Shown here: piece after piece, positions 20,185 to 31,312 of the stretch
Position numbering within the stretch: the first letter of the stretch is position 1
Layout of the letters: the number at the start of each line of letters is the position of its first letter
Source: a virus
DNA: 64,000 nt
Virus record (IMG/VR): IMGVR_UViG_3300038455_000036
Coordinates: 6,038 to 70,037 of that record
Reading direction: 5' to 3' (one strand)
Program-made: the position numbers and the translations under genes
Notes under the pieces: generated by a model
What the model saw: the letters and a program-made list of their open reading frames with translations, nothing else
Told to the model about the DNA's origin: nothing
Database searches by the model: none

Positions 20185-20456
20185 AAAAGGTTTGGCAGTG
20201 CCTTAACTGCCAGAAGGGTAGGATATTATGAACGATATATTAAAAAACGCTTTAGAGGAATTGAAAGACAAAGGAGTTAATGATTATGCTAAAATGGGAA
20301 ATGTCGAGATACTAAAATTAGCATTAGAAAATACCGTTTTAGCGGTAGACAATTTAAACGAAAGGCTGACAAAAGCTGAGACTGAAATTGTAAGTTTGAG
20401 ATTTGAAAATAATTTATTGAAAAATGATATCGAAAAATTGAAGGAGGATAAATAAG

Positions 20457-21401
20457 ATGAATAGAATGATTAAAGTATTCACACACACAGATTTAGATGG
20501 AATTAGTTGTGCGATTTTGGCAAAGATGGTTTATAAAGATTTGGTTGATATTGAATTTGTAAATTACAATGATGTTGACCAAAAAATTCTAAATTACATT
20601 GAAGAGAATGAAAAAGATCGTAAATTTAGATTTTGTTATATTACTGATATTTCAGTTAATGAAACAACTGCAAAAAAAATTAACGAGGAAAATGAAATGA
20701 GTATAAATTATTATGGAGATATGTGCTTTCAATTGATTGATCATCACAAAACGGCTGACTATCTAAATAAGTATTCATGGGCAGAGGTAGAGTCAGAAAG
20801 AGAAGAAGATGGAAAAATAAAATTAATGTCAGGAACAAACTTGCTATATGAAAATCTATTATATCATAAACTAATTTCTGAAAGTTATGCGTTAAATGAA
20901 TTTACAAATTTAGTTAGAATGTATGATACATGGGAGTGGAAAACATATGGCGGAACGGTAGTCGGACAAATGGCAAAGGATTTAAATGATATACTCTATA
21001 TTATTGGCAGAGATGATTTTATTAATTCATATGTTGAACAAATAGTCAGTTTAGGAGAAATGTTCAGTTTTAAATTAATAGAACTACATACAGCATTGTT
21101 GAAATATAAGAGACAAGAAATAGACTTTTATATCAATAAGAAATTAGAACAAGTGAAAGTAATAGATCGAGTTGCTTTTGTGGTAGCAGATAGCAATATA
21201 TCAGAATTAGGCAATAAAATTTGTGAGACTGTAGATTGTGATTATTGTGCAATCTATACAGGATTTAATATGAGTTTGCGTAGTATAGGAGATTTCGATG
21301 TATCTGAGATAGCCAAAAAGCATGGTGGTGGTGGACATAAAAATGCGGCTGGAATGCCATGTGTTGGATTAGAAGAATTATTTAAAGTATTTAATATATA
21401 A
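20457..21401 (+). CDS. DHH/DHHA1 phosphoesterase (oligoribonuclease-like)
   Basis: THTDLDG, ITDIS, IDHH, SLRS, GGGGHKNAAG. Confidence 0.9.
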   Translation: MNRMIKVFTHTDLDGISCAILAKMVYKDLVDIEFVNYNDVDQKILNYIEENEKDRKFRFCYITDISVNETTAKKINEENEMSINYYGDMCFQLIDHHKTADYLNKYSWAEVESEREEDGKIKLMSGTNLLYENLLYHKLISESYALNEFTNLVRMYDTWEWKTYGGTVVGQMAKDLNDILYIIGRDDFINSYVEQIVSLGEMFSFKLIELHTALLKYKRQEIDFYINKKLEQVKVIDRVAFVVADSNISELGNKICETVDCDYCAIYTGFNMSLRSIGDFDVSEIAKKHGGGGHKNAAGMPCVGLEELFKVFNI

Positions 21402-21460
21402 TCGGAACGGGTTCGCCCGTTCACCAGATTTGACCTACTGGTGCTGATGAGATAGGTTGA
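21401..21460 (+). ncRNA. Type II hammerhead ribozyme candidate (core variant GGAA)
   Basis: ATC-GGAA-CGGG(TTCG)CCCG-TT-CACCAG(loop)CTGGTG-CTGATGA-GAT, with a loop I/3' tail pseudoknot TTGACCT:AGGTTGA. Confidence 0.75.
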
Positions 21461-21474
21461 AGGAGGGATAGAAA

Positions 21475-21744
21475 ATGAATATGATTATAATTATAGTTAG
21501 CATAATATTATACATAATGGCTTCAATACTACTATTTAAGCAAAAAAAATTTGAAAAAATAGTATCGAACATTGATGGAGTTGATATACTACACCCAAAA
21601 TGGTATTGGATTACAACGTGGGGAATATATATATTATCTTTAATAGGATTTTGCGTTATATCGCCGATAATTTTTGTAGTTGCTATATTTACAATCGGAT
21701 TGATCGCAATGATAGAAAATGCGTTAGAGTGGGCAAGACCATAA
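21475..21744 (+). CDS. Small membrane protein
   Basis: Two to three hydrophobic segments; GGAGGG RBS. Confidence 0.6.
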   Translation: MNMIIIIVSIILYIMASILLFKQKKFEKIVSNIDGVDILHPKWYWITTWGIYILSLIGFCVISPIIFVVAIFTIGLIAMIENALEWARP

Positions 21745-21799
21745 AAATAACAGGTTAGTGGCTACCTAAACCACAATAAAAAATCGGAGGAATAAGAAT

Positions 21800-22351
21800 A
21801 TGAATAAAATAATAATGTTTGACTGTGAAAGTAACGGATTATATGGAGAAACATTTTCTGTAGGTGCTACAGTATATGACCTCATAAAGAAAGAATGTAT
21901 AGACAAGTTTGAATTAAAATCAGAAGAAGGAGAAAGAAATATAAGTAATCAATGGGTAATAGAAAATGTATTACCTCATCTAAAAGACATGGAAACATGC
22001 AAAAATAATAAGGAACTAAGAGAAGAATTTTATAACTTCCTACAAAAACACAAAGATGCTAGAGTGTTTTCAGATGTTAATTATCCGGTAGAAACTAATT
22101 TTTTATCGGATATCGTAAAAGATAATCCAGAAAATAGACAGTGGAATATGCCTTATCCACTTGAGGATGCAGCAACAAAAGAAAATATAGATATAGACAG
22201 GGCGAAATATTTTGAGGAAGAATTATTTAAAAGAGAACCACAGAAAATAGCTTCAAAGAGTGTTTACACACTTAGAAAACATAATCCTTTTGATGATGCG
22301 ACAGCCAGTTTATACTTTCTATTACACCATGAATCAGCACCAAAATTATAA
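21800..22351 (+). CDS. DEDDh-family 3'-5' exonuclease
   Basis: IMFDCES (Exo I) and HNPFDDA (Exo III). Confidence 0.7.
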   Translation: MNKIIMFDCESNGLYGETFSVGATVYDLIKKECIDKFELKSEEGERNISNQWVIENVLPHLKDMETCKNNKELREEFYNFLQKHKDARVFSDVNYPVETNFLSDIVKDNPENRQWNMPYPLEDAATKENIDIDRAKYFEEELFKREPQKIASKSVYTLRKHNPFDDATASLYFLLHHESAPKL

Positions 22352-22399
22352 TAACCCCAAAAATAAACTACTCACAAATTAGAGTAGTTTATTTTTATT

Positions 22400-22696
22400 T
22401 TAAAGCGTTCCGTTATTTTCGCTCCATTTCATATATTTTTTGATAAATTCTTCTTTTGTAAGTTTTTCTGAATCTGGTATATTAAGATTATAACAGCTTA
22501 CTGCATAATCTATATCTTCCATATTACGTTTTTTTAAAAACCAATCTTGCCAATCTTTTTCGTTATACTCATTAATGTAATAATCTTTATAATCTTCTAA
22601 TGTCAAAAATGGCGTAAGTGGTGCATCGGCAATACCGCTAAAATGCATGTAATGGTCTATGTCGTTTATTTTGTGTTTTATAGTGTATCTGGGCAT
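22400..22696 (-). CDS. Hypothetical protein (convergent moron)
   Basis: GGAGG RBS on the minus strand; bidirectional terminator at about 22358-22400. Confidence 0.6.
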   Translation of the reverse strand: MPRYTIKHKINDIDHYMHFSGIADAPLTPFLTLEDYKDYYINEYNEKDWQDWFLKKRNMEDIDYAVSCYNLNIPDSEKLTKEEFIKKYMKWSENNGTL

Positions 22697-23092
22697 GTTA
22701 TACCTCCAAGGATTTTTATATTATTATAGCACATTTATTTTACTGCAATCAAAAAAGGAGATATCACATCTCCCTCAATCAATATATTGATTTATATATA
22801 CTAGCCTAAATTGTGGCGTTATATTCATGGTGCTTAGTTTAATACACAATATACCTCAAAAACTAAGCTAAATAGTATAAGCGACTTAATAAAGTATCTA
22901 GAATATTATTAAGTAAATATATTATATGCAAATAATTAAGTAGCAGTCAAGTAAGATTATTTATTTGTATCCTACCTCAAAAATATTATGTGGGCCAGGG
23001 AATTTTTTGTTTATTTGGATCTGATTTTTTAATTTTATAAACAAAAATATATAAAGTTTGAGTTTAGATGGGATAAATTAGAGTTTTGAAAA

Positions 23093-23261
23093 TGTAAAGG
23101 AAAACAAATCTTAATCCTTTCATTTTCAAATTAGATTTTTAGAAAATTTTCGAATGAAAAATAGATGGTTTGAAGGTAATAAAATTGTAAAGGATATTTT
23201 ATTACCTTTTACTTTACAAAATATTTTATTCATGATATTATATTTATATCAAATGTAAAGG
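23093..23261. promoter_or_regulatory. Putative res site
   Basis: TGTAAAGG at 23093, 23186 and 23254, with inverted CCTTT/CTTTACA partners, directly upstream of the resolvase. Confidence 0.55.
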
Positions 23262-23278
23262 AAAGGGGGTTAAAAGAA

Positions 23279-23920
23279 ATGTTAGAAATATTATATGGCT
23301 ATGCTAGATGTAGCACAGATGAAGAAAGGCAAGATATTACAAGACAAAAAAGAGATTTAAAAAACATGGGAGTAGATGAAAAGAACATTTATTTCGAATA
23401 TGAATCTGGAAGTAAAGTTAATAGAATAGAATTAAAAAGGATGATGGATAAAATAGAATCTGACAGAAAAATATTCGAAATAAATAAACAAGATGTAAAA
23501 ATATCTATAGTGGCAACTGAATTGAGCAGGATTACAAGAAGCACAAGACAATTATATGACATTATAGAATTTACTAAAAAGAATAAAATTAGATTAGTTT
23601 TAGGAAGTTTTGTCGTGGATTGTAGTTTGGAAAAATTAGATCCAATGACAGAAGGAATGTTAAAAATGATGGGTATTTTCGCAGAGTTAGAATTAAATAT
23701 GACAAGATATCGAGTTAAAAGTGGAATGGAAAACGCAAGAGCAAACGGAAAACAGATAGGAAGACCACAAACAGAATTAAAAGATATACCAACAAGCGTT
23801 ATACAAGCATATGAATTATTAAATGATGGTAAAATTAATAAAAGTCAATGTGCTAGAATGTGCAAGATATCAAGACCGACGTTAAATAAATATTTAAAAA
23901 TACTTGATAATGAAAAATAA
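23279..23920 (+). CDS. Serine recombinase (resolvase) with C-terminal HTH
   Basis: YGYARCST, ELSRITRS, GKQIGRP, ISRPTLNKY. Confidence 0.92.
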   Translation: MLEILYGYARCSTDEERQDITRQKRDLKNMGVDEKNIYFEYESGSKVNRIELKRMMDKIESDRKIFEINKQDVKISIVATELSRITRSTRQLYDIIEFTKKNKIRLVLGSFVVDCSLEKLDPMTEGMLKMMGIFAELELNMTRYRVKSGMENARANGKQIGRPQTELKDIPTSVIQAYELLNDGKINKSQCARMCKISRPTLNKYLKILDNEK

Positions 23921-23942
23921 ATATAACAAAGGAGATTAAAAA

Positions 23943-25052
23943 ATGGCAAGCAGATTTTATATATATCGGTTTAAAAATAATGATGATGAAATAATATATG
24001 TAGGTAAAACAGGAAATATAAAGTATAGGATGAATCAACATTTTACGGCTGGACATTTACCAAAAGAATGTTATGATGCTGTTAAAGAAATAGAATTTGT
24101 TAAACTGAGTTCTAATACAGAAATGGACATATATGAAACATATTTTATAAATAAATATAATCCTAAATATAACACAGTAAATACTTATAATGAAAAATGC
24201 TTATTGGAATTACCGGAAGTTTATTGGCAGTTATTTTCTTCAAATAATAAAGATCGTTACCTAGATATTGAGAGAAAATATGTTGAATTACTAAATAAAA
24301 ATAAGCAAATTGAAAACGAAAACAAGTTACTTAAATCGCATATAGAAAATATAAGTAAAATAAAAAATGATTCTAAAGTATTATACCATAATCAAAATTC
24401 TATAATGTTTGATTGGGATGATATAGTGTATGTATATACAAAATTGAAATCAAACAAATTGACTTTTAATACAACGATAAGCTATGGAAATAAAATAATA
24501 TACGGTAAATACAAAATTTATTATGATGATGATGAAAAAATAAATTTAGTAAGTTATTATACATGTGGTGAAAAATCAAATGATATAGTTCAAAAATTCA
24601 ATTTAGAAAAATCAAACAAAATCAAGGGTTTTTATTATGGGATGTGTGTAAAATATTTACCTTCTCATAATGTGGCGTATACTGTATTAAAATCCAGATA
24701 TCAAGGAGAATGTGAAAAACTAAAAAAAGAATACGAAATAGAGTATTTTGCTAGTGATATTATAAACAATTTGCATTCTAATACACTATTTAATCCGAGA
24801 CTAACAGATATTACTAATGAAAATGATGATAGATTAAATGTATCAAATAATGATAATAAGATAACTATATATTATAGTGCCAAAGCATTTGATAAATATG
24901 AAGAATTAACAGAAAGTGAATTTATTAATAAGTTTAGTAGTTCTGTTTTTAAACATGATAATTGTAAAAGTTTGAAATGTATTTACAATGAATTACAGGA
25001 AAAAATAAACCAGATAGATATATTGATGAATTACAATTCAAAAATATCATAA
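23943..25052 (+). CDS. GIY-YIG nuclease-domain protein
   Basis: YIYRF...IIYVGKT....RMNQHF, E.YFINKYNPKYN. Confidence 0.8.
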   Translation: MASRFYIYRFKNNDDEIIYVGKTGNIKYRMNQHFTAGHLPKECYDAVKEIEFVKLSSNTEMDIYETYFINKYNPKYNTVNTYNEKCLLELPEVYWQLFSSNNKDRYLDIERKYVELLNKNKQIENENKLLKSHIENISKIKNDSKVLYHNQNSIMFDWDDIVYVYTKLKSNKLTFNTTISYGNKIIYGKYKIYYDDDEKINLVSYYTCGEKSNDIVQKFNLEKSNKIKGFYYGMCVKYLPSHNVAYTVLKSRYQGECEKLKKEYEIEYFASDIINNLHSNTLFNPRLTDITNENDDRLNVSNNDNKITIYYSAKAFDKYEELTESEFINKFSSSVFKHDNCKSLKCIYNELQEKINQIDILMNYNSKIS

Positions 25053-25128
25053 ATAATAAGCTTCTACAGTTATAAAAAAATATAGCTGTAGAAGCGACAA
25101 AAGAATATAAAAAGAAAGAAGGGATAGA

Positions 25129-26214
25129 ATGAGTAAAATACACATGATTGACATATTAGAAGATAATAAGGTTCCTGAATGGGACGAAAACAAACAACTT
25201 GGCTATGCTGTTTGTAAGTGTGGATATCAACGAAAAGAATATACTTTTCGTGATGATGAAGTGACTTGCAGAGCGTGTAATAATGTAATTACTAAAGAAT
25301 TTAAGAAAAGAGCGGATAATTATTTACTGCACAAGACAATAGAGCAGCTTAAAAAGAAAATTACAGCATGGGAGGATAGTGTTAATACTTTGAAGAAAAC
25401 AAATTTTAAAAAGGCATTAATGGCAAGAGAACAGGAATTAGAAGATTATAGACAACAATTAAAAGCATTGGAGGGATAGAATAATGAATTTTGATTTAAG
25501 TGATGAAGAGAAAAAAGCAATGATGAGGCATTTGAAAAATTGCATGAAGAAACCAACACCATTGATGCCAATACCAGATACGGAATATATTAAGTTACCA
25601 GACAGTGTATTCATTATTGTAAATGAACTAGGAGAAATAGACAACGTGTTTTACGGTGAAGATAAGGCAAATAATTATTGCGAAATGCTTAATAATACAA
25701 GTGTGGCGAATAATTATTTTGTTGAAAAGCATGGAATAAGTGATGGAGGAATGATTGATGATACTTAAAAAAGATAGATACGATAAAAATTTTTATGATG
25801 GCGATGAAATGTGTATAGGGTGCGGAACGGAATTTGATGGATTAGAAGAAATAATAATACTAGGTGATGTAATAGGTGGTGGAGATAATTTTATATGTAT
25901 GGATTGTGCTAAGGCATTACATCAATATTTAGGTAATCATATTAAAGAGGATGGTGGAAAAAATGACTAAAGAAGAATTTAAGAAATTTAAGGAAGATCA
26001 CAAGTTTAGAGACTTAAAAAACTTATTTGTATATCAAGTGTTTTATTCATGTAGCAATCTTTATACAAATAATATCGAGGATATTTTCAAAGACATAAAA
26101 GATATTGATTGGAGCCAAGATTGGAAACTTATGCAACAAGAAGAAATAACAAGCTTATTTAATAAAGTACTTGAATTTGTAAAGAATCATCGTATTTATA
26201 AAGCATATCATTAG
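25129..26214 (+). CDS. Four short hypothetical genes, two with CxxC zinc motifs (25129-25479, 25484-25768, 25755-25970, 25951-26214)
   Basis: Abutting co-oriented ORFs. Confidence 0.55.
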
Positions 26215-27088
26215 ATGAAATAATCAAGAAGAATGAGCCGACAAGGCTTATTTTTTTACCCCAAAATTCAACCCACAAAAACACATCATATTCAATCTAA
26301 AAATAATTCTAGGTATAAAATCACCTCTAAAAATAAAACACAAAATAAACACAATTTTGTGCGTAATAAACGTGTAATACTTATATGCGTTGATATTACA
26401 TGTATTGAGCAACATAACAATGTATTTTTTTGTGTACATAGTTCCAAAAAATTTCTATTTTTCTTCTATTTTTCTTCCTAAAAAGTTCTTAAAAATTAGT
26501 ACTTTATTAGTACTTTATTAGCAAAAAAGTTCTAAAAAGTTTCCAAAAAATTTCTATTGTATTTCTATTTTTGACGATTTATAATCAAAGTATGCTAGAT
26601 TGAAATTTGTGTCTAGTAAATTTATTTAAACAATTGCAAATGGCAGTGAATATTATATTTTTTATGTAATATATTTAATCAAAAAAATTTTAGCTGGTAA
26701 AATAAAAGGGTGTTCTAAGGTGCTATAACAATAGTGCCTTTTCTGCTTTTTAGAGGAAAGTATGAAATATATAAGAAAATTAGGACTACTTTGCAAATGC
26801 TGGTTTTGTGGGCATGAATCGAAGTGGTCTATTTATTGTGTCAAGTGTGGGAAAAATAAGTTAATATGATGATAATAACAACAATGTTTTACATAGTGAA
26901 AAAAAGAATAATGCTTATTATGTGGCTAATTGTGGCTTTAGAAGCAGGGTTTGACTTTGGGGTGTGGTTAGTTGCAAATAATAAGCTTGACATATAAATG
27001 AGTTTTGATTTTTTCATGATTAGTTCTCCATTTTAAAAGAGCACAGTAAAGAGACTGTGTTCTTTTATTTTGGGGAAAGTGAGGGTAT

Positions 27089-27382
27089 ATGTTTGATACA
27101 AAATTGATAGATGAATTGCTTTTATATAATCATTGCAAATATGAAAATATAAGCGGTCAAAGAAATAAGATCACAGAGGAATATTTAGAGTTTATAGATG
27201 CTCTTACTAAGCAGAAATATAACCCTACTAAAGAAAATAAAGATCACTTGGCAGAGGAAATAATTGATTTTATTCAATCTGGCTATACTTTCTTGATAAA
27301 TAATTTTACTAAAGAGGAAGTAGAAAATGCGATACATAGACACTTGCAGAAACTTATAGATAGGGACAATGAGGTAAAATGA
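27089..27382 (+). CDS. MazG-like all-alpha NTP pyrophosphatase-like protein
   Basis: KITEEYLEF...HLAEEIIDFIQ pattern. Confidence 0.55.
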   Translation: MFDTKLIDELLLYNHCKYENISGQRNKITEEYLEFIDALTKQKYNPTKENKDHLAEEIIDFIQSGYTFLINNFTKEEVENAIHRHLQKLIDRDNEVK

Positions 27383-27887
27383 AAAAGGTTGATAGATTGA
27401 TTGATAAACTAAAAAAAATATAAAACTAAAAAGGATAATAGCATGAGAACTGAAAAAGAAATCAAAGAACTAATACAGAAATATGAAGATATAATTTGGG
27501 TTAATGAATTTACTAATGATGAATGTAAGAAGTATAAGCACAAGCCAATGTCTTACATGTATGCAGAATGGAAGAAAAACGATAAATATAATGAGTTAGA
27601 AGCAAAGTATGATAAAGATGAATTATTTCCTGATGATGAAGGATTGTTTTCGTTATACGGCAAATTGATGGCTTTAAAATGGGTAGCTGGTGAAAAGATG
27701 TATGATTTAGATAATTTTATAAATGCTACTTTGAATAAATCAAAAGGCGTAAATTGATAAAATAAATGACTTGGTTTCTGTGAAAAAAAGTGGAAGTAAT
27801 AGATACATATAAATATTTGAAACTATGATAAAAAGGGAATTCTTTAAATAATTTTTACGTAACAGAACATGATTGTGGGAATGGTAA

Positions 27888-28457
27888 ATGAATACAGTAG
27901 AACCTATTAGAGATAAATATTTGATATATGAAATATATGACTATCTTAAAGAAGTAAATAAAATTGGCGTGCCTAAGATGAGGGATTATGTTTTAGTTTA
28001 TGCTGGTTTTAATATTGGATTAAGAATAAGTGATTTATTACAACTTAGAGTAAGTCAATTTAGTATAGAGCGTAAACATGTAATTATCAGAGAGCAAAAG
28101 ACAGGAAAAACAAAGAAATTTATAATAAAACCTAAGATGAGAAAGATAGTCTTAGGCTATGCAAAGGAAAATAAAATAGATGATTATTTGTTTGTTGCAA
28201 GGTATACAAACAATGTGATATGCAGAAAAACAGCTTATGAAATAATGAAAGACTTAGAAAAAAAATTTAAATTAGAAAATTTGGGAACTCATACACTTAG
28301 GAAAACTTATGGTTATCATTTTTATCGAGATAAAGGAGATAAAAGCCTTGTATTGCTTCAAGATTTGTTTAATCACGCAAGCCAATCTATTACATTGAAA
28401 TATATTGGCATAAGTCAAGATGAAAAGGATTCTATTGAGTTAGACTTTGAAATTTAG
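27888..28457 (+). CDS. Small tyrosine recombinase (catalytic domain only)
   Basis: MNTVEPIRD, GLRISDLL, GTHTLRKTYGY, FNHAS..ITLKYIG. Confidence 0.9.
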   Translation: MNTVEPIRDKYLIYEIYDYLKEVNKIGVPKMRDYVLVYAGFNIGLRISDLLQLRVSQFSIERKHVIIREQKTGKTKKFIIKPKMRKIVLGYAKENKIDDYLFVARYTNNVICRKTAYEIMKDLEKKFKLENLGTHTLRKTYGYHFYRDKGDKSLVLLQDLFNHASQSITLKYIGISQDEKDSIELDFEI

Positions 28458-29222
28458 GTGAATATATTGGAACATATATATAGAAATGCTAGGAAAAAAG
28501 GAAGAGAGAGAAAAGAAAGAGAAGAAAAATTACCTCCAAAGCAAGAGTTATTTTGTGAATTATATGTAAAGAGTTTTAATGCAACAATGTCATATGTAGA
28601 AGCTTTTGACTGTAAAGATAAAAACAGAGCAGCAGTGGAGGGGTGTAAATTACTAAAAAATTCTAAAGTTAATAATAGGGTTAAATATCTTAAAGAACTT
28701 AAAAGACAATCGATAATGTTAACTAAAGATGATGTTGTTGAGAGACGTATGAAAATAGCCTTTTCAGACATGACAGACTTTGTCGAATGGGGACAGGAAG
28801 AAATAAATGTAATTGGCAGATTTGGACCTATTGAAATAAAAAATCCTATTACCGGGGAAAAAGAAATATTAAAAGAAAAAACGAATGTTGTTAGGTTTAA
28901 AGATAGCAACTTAGTTGATGGGGGATTAATATCTGAAATAAAAACAGGTAAAGACACGTCAATTAAACTTGAAGATAGGCAAAAGGCTTTAGATTGGTTG
29001 GCTAAGTATTTCCTTATGAATCCTCTTGATAAACATAAAATTGATTTTGATAATAAGAAATTTGAACAGGATAAACAGGAACATGCTGATAAGATGGCTA
29101 TGGAAAAGGAAAAAACAAGTAATGATACAGGATTACCACCAGTTGTATTTATAGAAAATAGTGATAAATATTTAGAATGGAAAAAGAGAAGGGATTTAGA
29201 AAATGGGTTGCCTGAAACTTGA
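28458..29222 (+). CDS. terS: Terminase small subunit
   Basis: LPPKQELFCELYV.SFNAT..Y, LLKN.KV, IKLEDRQKAL.WL. Confidence 0.88.
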   Translation: MNILEHIYRNARKKGRERKEREEKLPPKQELFCELYVKSFNATMSYVEAFDCKDKNRAAVEGCKLLKNSKVNNRVKYLKELKRQSIMLTKDDVVERRMKIAFSDMTDFVEWGQEEINVIGRFGPIEIKNPITGEKEILKEKTNVVRFKDSNLVDGGLISEIKTGKDTSIKLEDRQKALDWLAKYFLMNPLDKHKIDFDNKKFEQDKQEHADKMAMEKEKTSNDTGLPPVVFIENSDKYLEWKKRRDLENGLPET

Positions 29223-30522
29223 TCCGATGGACTTCGTTAATGATAATTTTGTCGAATGGTGGTATGAGTTAAGTAATAAATATTTATTCAATGTTTTAAA
29301 AGGCGGTCGTAATAGTGCTAAAAGCACACATGTAAGTTTTAAAATAATCTATGACATGATGAAATATAGAGTTAATTCTTTATGCATAAGGCGAGTTGCA
29401 AATACTTTATCGACAAGTATGTTTGAGCAATTAAAAGAAGCAACTTGTATCATGAATGTTGATCATTATTGGAAAGATTATAAAAGTCCTTTGAGACTTG
29501 TATATAAACCAACTGGGCAGGAGATTCTATTTAGAGGTGCTGACGATAGTAGTAAAATTAAATCAATCAAGACAAGTAAATTTCCGCTTGCTTTTATGTG
29601 GGTTGAAGAATTGGCAGAATTTAGAATGGAAGAGGAATTACAAACTATTATTGATTCTATTATCAGGGCTGAGTTAAGAAATGGATTAAAATATAAGATT
29701 TATTATACTTATAATCCACCAAAGCTGAGGACTAGTTGGGTTAATAAAAAATTTAATTCTCAATTCATTGGAAGCAATACAATAGTTCATCATTCGGATT
29801 ATACACAAAATCCCCATGTATCTATGCAATTTAAAATAGAAGCCGAAGAAGTAAGGAATAGGAATGAAAATAGATATAGATGGTTGTATCTTGGTGAAGC
29901 AATCGGTGGTGGTATAGTACCATTTAGTAATTTAGTGTTTCGCACTATTACAGATGATGAAGTTAAAATATTTGCTAATATAAGGCAAGGTCTTGACTTT
30001 GGTTCTACTGCACCAACACATTTTAGCAGGCAACATCTAGACAATAAGAGAGATATACTTTACTGTCTGGATGAAATTAGAGGAATAAAACTTAAAGATC
30101 AGCCTTTGTATAACAAAATTGTTGAAAAAAATTACAATGATTTTAGAGTTAAAGGCGATTCCGAAGATGGAAATAGAATAGACAGTTTAAAGGCACTGGG
30201 ACTAAAAATTGTAGGAGCGAAAAAAGGACCTGGGAGCGTCGAATTTGGTTTGGAATGGCTTGATTCTTTAAAAGAAATAGTTGTTGATGTAAAAAGAACT
30301 CCTCATACTGCTAGAGAGTTTGAAAATGCCGATTATAAATATGATAGATTTGGCGAACCATTGCCAGAACTAGACGGAGAAGACCACGCAATTGACAGCA
30401 TTCGCTATAGTTGCGAGGATGACATGATAAAAAGGGGTAACGCAAAGCCTCAGGGTGTAAAAAACTATATGCCACAAGCTGATGGTATTACATATAACGG
30501 CAATGTTAATGATTGGGGTTGA
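29203..30522 (+). CDS. terL: PBSX-family terminase large subunit
   Basis: KGGRNSAKS Walker A, WVEE Walker B, YNPP, GLDFG, DHAIDSIRY. Confidence 0.95.
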   Translation: MGCLKLDPMDFVNDNFVEWWYELSNKYLFNVLKGGRNSAKSTHVSFKIIYDMMKYRVNSLCIRRVANTLSTSMFEQLKEATCIMNVDHYWKDYKSPLRLVYKPTGQEILFRGADDSSKIKSIKTSKFPLAFMWVEELAEFRMEEELQTIIDSIIRAELRNGLKYKIYYTYNPPKLRTSWVNKKFNSQFIGSNTIVHHSDYTQNPHVSMQFKIEAEEVRNRNENRYRWLYLGEAIGGGIVPFSNLVFRTITDDEVKIFANIRQGLDFGSTAPTHFSRQHLDNKRDILYCLDEIRGIKLKDQPLYNKIVEKNYNDFRVKGDSEDGNRIDSLKALGLKIVGAKKGPGSVEFGLEWLDSLKEIVVDVKRTPHTAREFENADYKYDRFGEPLPELDGEDHAIDSIRYSCEDDMIKRGNAKPQGVKNYMPQADGITYNGNVNDWG

Positions 30523-30619
30523 TGGTTAAGGAGTGAAATATATATTTAGATAAGTTTAAGCATAATAGTTGAATTATTGTGGGTTATATGATATAATACA
30601 ATAAAAGTTAAATTGAGGA

Positions 30620-31312
30620 GTGATAATATTGTATTATGTATATATACTTAGGGAAAAAGCTAGTAATAATGTTATTTACGTTGGATATACAAAATACCCA
30701 ACAAGAAGATTTAAAGAACATAAAGAATCACTTGATGATAATCATGATAGAAAGTGTCAAGATGTTCATCAATATATGAAAGACAATAATTTAATGCTAT
30801 ATAAAGATGTTGAAATTTCATTAATTGATTGTTTAGAGTTTGAAGAAGAAGCAATTGCTAGAGAGATTTATTATACTAATTATTATTCTAGTACAGTTAA
30901 AAATCATTTATTAGGAAATATAAAAGATGGTAAATACAATCAACATGCAAGAAAAATAATGTGTTTAAATGATGGTAAAGTATTTGATACAGTCAGAGAA
31001 TGTTCTAAATACTACAAGTTAAGAGAAGATAGGATATCAGGACAATTAAACAAAACGTATCATAATAATTTATTTAGCAAAGTTATAAATGATTATATAT
31101 TTTTTGTAGATGTAGAAGATAATATAAATATAGAAACAAGAAAGATACAATTAGGTTTTTATAAGGTGTTTTGTGTTGAGAATAATAAATATTTTAGGAC
31201 ATTAAAAGAGTGTGGCGGATATTATAATATAACTCCGGCATATTTAAATGCAAAATTAAAAAAGAATGGAATTGCAAATATAAAAAATCTAACATTTAAA
31301 AAACCGTCTTGA
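30620..31312 (+). CDS. Free-standing GIY-YIG homing endonuclease with NUMOD1-like repeats
   Basis: YVYIL...VIYVGYT....RFKEH; IMCLNDGKVFDTVRECS repeated in variant form. Confidence 0.8.
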   Translation: MIILYYVYILREKASNNVIYVGYTKYPTRRFKEHKESLDDNHDRKCQDVHQYMKDNNLMLYKDVEISLIDCLEFEEEAIAREIYYTNYYSSTVKNHLLGNIKDGKYNQHARKIMCLNDGKVFDTVRECSKYYKLREDRISGQLNKTYHNNLFSKVINDYIFFVDVEDNINIETRKIQLGFYKVFCVENNKYFRTLKECGGYYNITPAYLNAKLKKNGIANIKNLTFKKPS

